A stretch of 61,579 nucleotides of DNA, filler included. It is 9 parts of 9 records of this genome, joined end to end, with 100 filler letters (N's around TTAATTAATTAA, not from the genome) between each part and the next. Parts side by side here need not be neighbours in the genome. Positions count along the whole stretch, not along the records: positions 48,571 to 61,579 come from SRR7504441_384; 8 more parts are not named here. One strand, given 5' to 3'. A program made the position numbers and the translations under genes. Positions 54,268 to 61,579 of the stretch are shown in pieces (the first letter of the stretch is position 1; every line of letters starts with the position of its first letter). Under the pieces are notes generated by a model. It was given only the letters and a program-made list of their open reading frames with translations, had not been told where the DNA came from and did not search any database.

Positions 54268-55815
54268 TCACCGGGTGTCGGCGAGCAGCTTAGTCGGGTA
54301 GAAGAAGATTCGGTTGCCTTCCCAACGGATCGTAACCACGCCCAAGTACCCGCACCGGGGCACCCCGGACTTGGAATCTTCCATCAGCCCGTGCGACGCC
54401 GCAAATTGCTCGTACTCGCGTAGCTTGCTGTAACCTATCCGATAATCCTGCCCGTCGCCAGGACCGGCCCGGCGGATCGGCGCCAGGCTGGATACTAGCT
54501 GCGCCGCGCGCAGATCCGCGAGCAGCTTCTGGTCGTACAGCTCTTTCCCGAGATAACTCAAGTCGGCTGCGGCCCAGTCCACCCTCTGGTTATTGACCTT
54601 GATGCTCCCAATGTGCTCCTTGAAGAATTCGCCTCCGGACGAGCCCCTCTCTCCAAAGTTGCCAGTGCGAGACACTTCGGGTCGGATGGTCACCCTGCCC
54701 TTGCGCTGGGCCGGCAGCCTGAGCCAATCGTCCCAGAATCCCAACGGCCACTTGTGCTCTAACTCCCTCCAGATCGCCCCGCTGGTCCCCCAGCCAAGCC
54801 CAGGGAAATAGTCGGATCGGTACAGCAGCTCGGGGTCAGATACAAACTTGGCCTGGCCATTGTCATTCCAGGAGGAGACCGCCCAGACTGTTGGGTCCTT
54901 GTCCAGCAACGGCAAACTTGCCTCGAAGAATTCGAAAAAGTCTACCGCCAGGTTCATGTCATCCTCCAGAAACACAATGTACCGGTGACCACGTCGCTCT
55001 ATCACTTGGGTAAAGGCGAACCGATAGTGGCTGGCGATGTAGTAGTAGATCGGGCTGCCGCCCTGCGGGGTGCCTATGTTGCTCGGCCGAGAGTGCACTA
55101 TCAGCTCGAACTGGGGGAAGCCCGTGCACGCCTGGGCGACCTGCCTGTTGGACCCGTCCTGCGATATGAACACCTTCACGTTCGGCCGATCACGCAGCCG
55201 ATTCTGGACCGACTCGAGCGTTCGCTTCAGGTAATCCGGCCGGTTGTAGGACATGACCACAACCGCGAATTCCGTAGCACCCCCAGCCGGCGGCGGCGGC
55301 ACCGCCACTGGTGGTGGCACCGCCACCGCCACCGGCCGCTCAGTTGGCTGAGGGGTGGGCTTGGCGGTCGGCTGGCGGGTGGGGCTCTGCGTCGGACTCG
55401 GGCTCGGCGCCCGGGTCCGTTTGGCCGCCGGCGGGTGCGGCGCGGCCGGTGGCTTGACCGGCTCCTCCCAATGCGACTCCCGCCGCTCGCTCGGCGGCAG
55501 TTCGTTGCCTCGGGCCGGGGGCGGATGCGGTGGACGGTTGGGCTTAGGAGCCGCCCGCTTGGGCGCCGGCTGCTCGGGCCGTTGGGAGAGCGGCTGTGGC
55601 GGCTGGCCGACCCATTCGGGTTTGGCCCTCTCGAGCATGTCCAAGGCCTTGCTCAGCTCGGCCTCCATGCGCTGGTATTCGCGGCCGGTGGCCTGTCGGC
55701 AGACGTGCCCCCCGATGGCCAGCAGCAGCAGCGCCGCCCCCGCCAGCACCAGCGCCAGCCGGCCTGGGTGAGAAAGCAGCAGAGTCCGCCAGCGCTTCCC
55801 GAGCACTTCGCCCAT
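54268..55815 (-). CDS. MGAT1: Alpha-1,3-mannosyl-glycoprotein 2-beta-N-acetylglucosaminyltransferase I (GT13)
   Basis: Type II TM, Pro-rich stem, YNRPDYL, ISQDG, YYYIASHY, EDD, SSWNDNG, RSDYFPGLGW, FWDDWLR, RPEVSRT. Confidence 0.95.
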   Translation of the reverse strand: MGEVLGKRWRTLLLSHPGRLALVLAGAALLLLAIGGHVCRQATGREYQRMEAELSKALDMLERAKPEWVGQPPQPLSQRPEQPAPKRAAPKPNRPPHPPPARGNELPPSERRESHWEEPVKPPAAPHPPAAKRTRAPSPSPTQSPTRQPTAKPTPQPTERPVAVAVPPPVAVPPPPAGGATEFAVVVMSYNRPDYLKRTLESVQNRLRDRPNVKVFISQDGSNRQVAQACTGFPQFELIVHSRPSNIGTPQGGSPIYYYIASHYRFAFTQVIERRGHRYIVFLEDDMNLAVDFFEFFEASLPLLDKDPTVWAVSSWNDNGQAKFVSDPELLYRSDYFPGLGWGTSGAIWRELEHKWPLGFWDDWLRLPAQRKGRVTIRPEVSRTGNFGERGSSGGEFFKEHIGSIKVNNQRVDWAAADLSYLGKELYDQKLLADLRAAQLVSSLAPIRRAGPGDGQDYRIGYSKLREYEQFAASHGLMEDSKSGVPRCGYLGVVTIRWEGNRIFFYPTKLLADTR

Positions 55816-55845
55816 TCTCCCGCAGCGCAGCTGCAGCAGCAGTTG

Positions 55846-57659
55846 ATGGCGGCCCGATTCCTGGGGGGCACGCCGGCCTGGTTCACGGGTCCAGCCCCGG
55901 AGGAGGCCCAGGGGTTCTCCGGTCCGAGCCAGGCTGGGCCACCCGGTCGGAGCTGGTTTTCTCAGGAGGAACTGGCCGCGGTGCCGCTCCCGCTGCACGA
56001 GCCGGCCAGCGAAGCCACCATCCGCGTAGTGCGCGGCCTCCGGACCGCCGCCAACGCGGTGATCGCCTGCAACCGGGTCCAGCCTGTCCGTTGGCTCTCG
56101 CCGGTGGCCGCGCACGAGCCGGTGCACCGGGTTGTGCGCACCGGGGATCGTGTAGATCGGATAGCCCCGCTGCCGCTCGCCGACACGACCGAACCCGAGG
56201 CGACTGTCCGAGTGGTGCGGACACCGCCCGAGCGGCGGGACACGTTGGGGCTGATCGAGCTCGCACCAGCCAAGCCGCTCGCAGACAGTCCGCACAGGGT
56301 GGTGCGCCCGGCGCAGGTTCCGCTCCAGCTGGAGCCGACATCCCAGCCCGTGCGCGAGGCCAAGCTGCGAGTGGTCCGGGACGCACCGGCTTACGGGCCT
56401 CCTGTGTCCACCGCCGGGAGTAGTCAGCAAGCTGTCCATACGGCAGCCGGCAGTGGCAGCGAGCCTGGGGCCGAGGCTACAGGGTGGGCCTCAGAGGCAC
56501 GCCAAGCCTCGGCAGGGCCAAGCACTCCACCCTCCCGCCAGCCGGAGGTTGTGCGGTGCGCAGTGTCGCCGCAGCAGCTCTGGTCGCCCCGGCGGGGAAC
56601 ATTGCTCCAAGATGCTGACGAAGCGGCCGACTTCGCAGCTGCGCACGGTGCGGTTGGGGTGGTGTGAGTTGCGGACCGCGGGCAGGGGTGCTGCTAGCGT
56701 GCGAGGGGACCGGGCAGCAAGCGAGCGGGTGGTATGAGGACGAGAGTGGGGCCCAGCTGCTGCTCTGTTTGGAAGACGATCCCAACACGGGAGATCGCCG
56801 ATGGAGAATCGGTGAGCCCCGGATGCCTCCACTCTGAGCCGGCCGGCAGTGGAGGAGTGGCGGCAGCTAGAGTCAGGCTGGGGCGCGGTACCGCCGCGCG
56901 ACGCGCGGTCAATAGGGCGGGTTGTCGGGTTCAGTCCGTGGGCGGCAGAAACGCTTCAGGTGCGGCCAAGCTGGCCGGCGAGCTCACACTGGGGTCCAGC
57001 GCGCGATGGCTGAGGGCGTGCTGCGGAGCGAAGGCGAGTCGGGCGGCAAGGCAGCCCCAGGAATCGCCTGGGCGAATAACAGGGCGCGGGTGCTGGCGTG
57101 TGCTAAGATGGCGCTCTCAGGCCGACACACGGTGAACCGGCGGCCCGGCTGCGTGCTGATGTGCGAACAGCTGCAGGTGCGTCCGACCGCAGGTCAATTG
57201 GATTCGGGCCGGCGGCTGCTCGAGGAGCGAAGCGGACTGAGTCCGGAGGAGGCGGTTGCGGAGGCGGAGAAAAGGGCTGCGCGGGGGGCACGGGGCAAGG
57301 CTCGTGCAGTGGAGACGGAGCACCCAGATGGCTCGGCTGAGGCGTTTGAACGAATGTTTAAAACGCGCGACAAGCACCTGGCACACAGGTTGTTCACGTG
57401 GGGCGACAAGCGGCAGCTGCTAGATCACGAGAGAGAGCAGATAGGGAGGATTGACGACCGACTTCATGAACTGTCGCAGAGGGAGTGGGGCACGCCTCCA
57501 GGATCCCGTCAGCTATCCAGTGCGGCGTGCGGCCGGATAGCGCATGCGCTCGAGAGTTTGAGCCCTCCGGAGCGGAGCGGCTCGACTCCTCGCGAGCAGA
57601 GCAAGCCGCACAAGATATTACGCCATGGGGTGTTTGATGTTGATTTCGACATGTTATGA
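55846..57659 (+). CDS. Hypothetical protein with repeated RVVR motifs; internal exons not fully resolved
   Basis: ATG at 55846; five spaced RVVR motifs; last exon ends HGVFDVDFDML-stop before AT-rich DNA. Confidence 0.5.
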
Positions 57660-57772
57660 TATTAATTTTATAAATCGTCTAAGTTGTCTCCTTCACTCTA
57701 AGCTTACATATTAGTTACTATACATGTTGCAATGTAACATTGCAGATCTTTCGAACTATTTAAGTTTCCACC

Positions 57773-58839
57773 TCACCATAGATGGCTGTTCGCAGCTGGA
57801 AGTACTCCACGAGAAAAGGCATCAACTACTTCAGCCGCAGTGGGCCTGCGCTGCGCCTCCACGTTGAGCATTGAATGGACAATTTCCCTGCCATTTCACT
57901 CTCAGACTTGGCTAGTGTTTGTGGCACGTAATATCACTGCCGAAGGCCTTTGCATGATAGTCTGGGATTGGCTCGTATTTGCCAGTCACCGAGGCCATCA
58001 TTATAGCTGCCATGTTTTCTCCGGAGAAGGCTGGCCTGAGCGTGATGGCTTGATAGACCACGCAGCCTGCGTGCTGGGTCAGTCACGCCTGGCATGTAAC
58101 ATGGTAACCCAAGGCCCACACGTCTGACGCATACTCGTAACCCGCCTCGGTCCAAACCTCTGGCGCCATCTGCCCCACAAGCAGTTGAGCCAGTGCCATC
58201 TGGGTTGTACATTCTGTGGGGTGCCGATCTGAGTGTAGTGCAGCTCCTGGGTCTGGAGCTCGGTCGCAATCCCAAAGTCGCCCAATCTCGCTGCTCCACT
58301 GCTTGAGAGGAACACCTGCGACCGGCGGCTGGTGGCAGCTTGGGCTTGGGCTGGGCGCATTGGCTGGCTTGATGTCGCGATGCAGGATGCCCAGCTTGTG
58401 CAAATGATCCACCGCCAAGCTCAGCTGGAGCAGCCAATCCTTGAGCTGCGCAGGAGCAAACAGCTTGCCGCGCTGTCTGTTGATGCAGCTCTTCAGGTCG
58501 CCGCCTTGGCACCACTCCATCACCTGCTCCGAGTGCGAAACCTGCCGCAGCCAGCCACGCACCACGCAAATTGCCGTGCTGTCGCACCAGGCTTCGCAAT
58601 ATTCAACGATATACGGATGCTTCTTCACCTTGTTCAGCACCAGGGTCACTTCTTGCAGCGCTTTGTCCCGGTCGGCGCTCCCTGCCCGGCCTCGCGCCGA
58701 TGCGGCTGCACCGGGCACCGGCGACTCGGATTAGCTTCAGTACGTACAGATGGCCGTCTTGGCGGCGCCGGACCAACTGGCAGTCGCCATAAGAGCCGGA
58801 ACCGACCGATTCGAGCTGCTCGTAGTCCTGCTGGCCCAT
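57773..58839 (-). CDS. Second NEK-family kinase, catalytic domain only, six introns
   Basis: GSGSYG, YVLK, HPYIV, VMEWCQGGDL, HRDIKPAN-[43-nt GC-AG intron 58316-58358]-VFLS..DFGIA, GTPQN-MAPE, SDVWALG-C, RRPTA. Confidence 0.92.
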
Positions 58840-58953
58840 GGCTCTTCCAGCGTCTGTACCGCCGCGCTGTGTTTGGGACCCCGTCCATCACTCTGGCCCA
58901 TCTGAAACAGTGGCCGACTGCAAATGTCCGTTATTTTTCAGATCTGACGGCCC

Positions 58954-60954
58954 ATGCGGAAGGCTTTGCTGAGCGCGTTGCTAGCAGTGGCCGCCGTGAC
59001 TGCGTACGGGGTCAGCGAGGTGTTTTTTGTCGACCCCACGGGCGGATCAGACACGAGCGATGGCCTGACGCCGCTCTCCGGTCTGCGAACGCTATCTGAA
59101 GCTCAGCTGCGGCTCCGGCGTATGCTCTCCTCCACCCCGTGCACCAACGTGACGATCAACCTCCTGCCGGGGTCGCACGCGGTCCCGCAGGGGGGCGTCC
59201 GCCTCACCCAGGCCGACTCGCCAGCCGCAGGTGCGCAAGTCCGCTGGAGAGGCCCCCAAGCCTCCGTGTCGGGCGGGGTGCCGGTCACTGGCTGGCGGCC
59301 CCTGAGCAGTTCCACTGGAGATCCGGCGGCAGTGTACGCCGCGCCGATCTCTCCCGCCGGGCTCCCTGCGGGCTTTGTGGGACGGCACCTCTTCGTGAAC
59401 GGACGGCGCGCTCCGCGGACCCGCAAGCTGGTGGGCGATGCGCTGCCCGGCCTGGCTGTAAACCTAAGCGCGCAAGGGTATGCGGTGCCGTTCGCACTCG
59501 ACTGGAGCAACGGTGCGACCGACGCCGAGATGGTCTATTCGGCTGGCGGCGGGATGACCTGGACAGAGTCTCGTTGCGCTGTCAACTCGAGCGTGGTGCG
59601 CGGGCAGGCCAGCCTGCTGATCATGAAGCAGCCGTGCTTCGCGACGCTGATGCATCTCGGGTTTGGCTCGGCGGGCAACTGTAAGGCGTACGGCCACTTG
59701 GTCCCAGATTGCAACCTGCCGCGGTATGTTGAGAATGTGAGAGCGCACGTTGAGGACCAGCCTGGCAGCTTCTTTTTTGACGCCGCAGCAGGTCTGGTGC
59801 TTTATCACCGATTGCCAGGCGAAGACATGCAGCACGCCACGGCGGTGCTCGCGGTGGAGGAGAAGCTGATCAGCCTAGCCGGGGCTGAGTATCACACGTT
59901 TCAAGGGATCTCGTTCGAGCATGCGACTTGGCTGAGGCCCGGTCTGGGCTCCGGCTACGTCGAGGATCAAGCTTCGGTATGCTCGGGTACTCCGAACGAC
60001 GGTGGTGCGCTGACCTCCGGCAACGTCGTCGTGACGGGCCAATCGCGCCACATCGAGTTTGTCGACTGCACGTTTCAGCATCTCGGTGCAGCTGCAGCGA
60101 GCACTCGCGGAGGCTCTCAGTTTATTGCGTGGCGGCGGTGCAGCTTTCGAGATGTGAGCGCCGGCGCGGTCGTGTTGGGTGACGTGAACAGCTCTGGACT
60201 GAATAGCAGCCTCCCGGACGCATTGTTAGACAAAGGGTTGACAGTGGAAGATTGCACGATCGAGGATCTCCCTGTTGAGTACTCGGGCGCGACCGCTGTC
60301 TTTGCAGGCTACATCTCGAATTCAACCATCCAGCACAATCGCATAGTCAATAGCAGCAGCAATGCCATTGCACTCGGATGGGGCTGGGGAAGGGAGGCGA
60401 ACCGGCACGGCGGTAACAACGTGCAAGGCAATTACATCGCGAGTCCTCTCAGAGCCCGCTGTTGCGACGGGGGAGGTATTTATGCCCTCGGTCCGCAGCT
60501 CGGCAGTAGCATTGCGAGGAATTACATCAAGCAAACCCAAACAGATGCCTACTGCCCCGGATGTTTCGACCGGAACCGCACGGAGGGGTTCGCAGTCTAT
60601 CTTGATAACGGCTCTGGTGGCTGGAATGCGACTGAAAATGTGATTGAGGGCGATTGGGATACTGTGCTACTGGTGCACACGTCGCTCGGTCAGTTTGGTC
60701 CGTCACAAGGCAAGTGCCCTGGTTGCAACAGCACCGCAAACTCCTCGTGTTGCGCCATCTCCTTTGAGGGGAACTTCGTGAGAGTTCCAGCGTCGCCGGG
60801 AGTGTTTCCTCCGGTGAATGGCCGTGCAGGCGGTGTCGCCGCGGATGCAGCTCACCCGTGGTTCAGACTCGAGGGCAACGTCGACTTGCCTGTGGCAGGG
60901 CCTATGCCTGCACAAGCCGCTGCGATTGTCGCCGCATCCGGGCCCCGGCCATAA
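58954..60954 (+). CDS. Secreted right-handed beta-helix glycoside hydrolase, GH141-like, intronless
   Basis: Signal peptide; FVDPTGGSD, SGGVPVTGW, RHLFVNGRRA, YVEN..DQPG, IQHNRI, GWGWG, DGGGIYALG, YLDNGS. Confidence 0.8.
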   Translation: MRKALLSALLAVAAVTAYGVSEVFFVDPTGGSDTSDGLTPLSGLRTLSEAQLRLRRMLSSTPCTNVTINLLPGSHAVPQGGVRLTQADSPAAGAQVRWRGPQASVSGGVPVTGWRPLSSSTGDPAAVYAAPISPAGLPAGFVGRHLFVNGRRAPRTRKLVGDALPGLAVNLSAQGYAVPFALDWSNGATDAEMVYSAGGGMTWTESRCAVNSSVVRGQASLLIMKQPCFATLMHLGFGSAGNCKAYGHLVPDCNLPRYVENVRAHVEDQPGSFFFDAAAGLVLYHRLPGEDMQHATAVLAVEEKLISLAGAEYHTFQGISFEHATWLRPGLGSGYVEDQASVCSGTPNDGGALTSGNVVVTGQSRHIEFVDCTFQHLGAAAASTRGGSQFIAWRRCSFRDVSAGAVVLGDVNSSGLNSSLPDALLDKGLTVEDCTIEDLPVEYSGATAVFAGYISNSTIQHNRIVNSSSNAIALGWGWGREANRHGGNNVQGNYIASPLRARCCDGGGIYALGPQLGSSIARNYIKQTQTDAYCPGCFDRNRTEGFAVYLDNGSGGWNATENVIEGDWDTVLLVHTSLGQFGPSQGKCPGCNSTANSSCCAISFEGNFVRVPASPGVFPPVNGRAGGVAADAAHPWFRLEGNVDLPVAGPMPAQAAAIVAASGPRP

Positions 60955-61226
60955 TCATGCGCAATAGAATTTGAAGTACAGATCTACTTAAGATCTACTG
61001 CGCATGCTGTAGAACAGGCATATGCATGCAAAGAATATATTTTAACCCGGGTGCTGGTCAACTTTTAATTTTAGTAACGTCAAGGTCAACGAACACGACC
61101 AGAACCAGAGTCCGGTGATCTCCGGCGACTCGGGTCTCGAACGTCGCGCACACATTGCTCGACGAGCTCAAGCCGCCCACACCACGGAGTCCAGCCGCAC
61201 CCCCGCGTTCCTTCACACCTCAGTCC

Positions 61227-61579
61227 ATGGCGGCACAAGAGTCTGACACCAGCCCCCCGCACACCTCGCGACAACAACAAGCCGACGACACCTCGTACGA
61301 CTCATCGGACGCAGTCTCGCCGACCCAGCCGTGCGGACTCCGGCTCATGCAGTGGAACGTCCATGGCTGGCGCGACACCTACCACAACGACAACCTGGTC
61401 GGGGTGATTTCTTCAGTCAAAGCTCGGGCCCCGGACGTGCTCGTCCTCAACGAAGTGCTCCACCCATACCGGCTCCCAGAAGATCCCGACTACCTGGCCA
61501 CCGTCCGGGCCGGCAACGGCAACGGCTTCAGCCCGACCGAGCCGGTGACTGATCGGGAGTCCTACCTGCACGCGCTGGC
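61227..61579 (+). CDS. Endonuclease/exonuclease/phosphatase (EEP) family protein, runs off the window
   Basis: LRLMQWNVHGW..RAPDVLVLNEV, in frame with the ATG at 61227. Confidence 0.8.
   Translation, partial: MAAQESDTSPPHTSRQQQADDTSYDSSDAVSPTQPCGLRLMQWNVHGWRDTYHNDNLVGVISSVKARAPDVLVLNEVLHPYRLPEDPDYLATVRAGNGNGFSPTEPVTDRESYLHAL

Noticed and set aside
5164-58358. Micro-introns as Introner-type mobile elements
   Set aside because: The introns share size but no recognisable sequence similarity or terminal inverted repeats.
61227-61579. EEP domain as a LINE retrotransposon endonuclease
   Set aside because: No ORF1 upstream and no reverse transcriptase visible; the gene is truncated, so only the family can be called.

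Overview
This is eukaryotic nuclear DNA from a GC-rich, gene-dense, probably flagellated protist; the taxon cannot be assigned from sequence alone. The window is nine contigs joined by eight artificial 100-nt linkers (N44-TTAATTAATTAA-N44), so synteny holds only within a contig. About 35 protein-coding genes are interrupted by very short introns (mostly 37-44 nt), which is why the ORF track fragments them. Recognisable genes: SF3B1, an RbgA/MTG1 GTPase, prefoldin 5, two NEK kinases, INTS4, GnT-I/MGAT1, an RWP-RK factor, an OGFOD2-like dioxygenase, RIIa/EF-hand and other flagellar-type proteins, and secreted GHL15-like and GH141-like glycosidases. Most notable: (1) an NRPS-type adenylation domain with no carrier domain fused in frame to a glutathione-synthetase-family ATP-grasp ligase whose gamma-glutamyl pocket is remodelled, 59 bp head-to-head from a 2OG-Fe(II) oxygenase, a candidate new small-peptide pathway; (2) frequent GC-AG micro-introns with weak donors; (3) 30-217 bp divergent gaps, most carrying a YAACGG (Myb-type) motif; (4) two adjacent genes with internal inversions bounded by short inverted repeats, either real rearrangements or amplification chimeras; (5) a telomeric (TTAGGG)3 insertion with a flanking duplication inside an intron; (6) a roughly 2650-aa secreted coiled-coil protein. 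All gene models were made by eye and no database searches were run.
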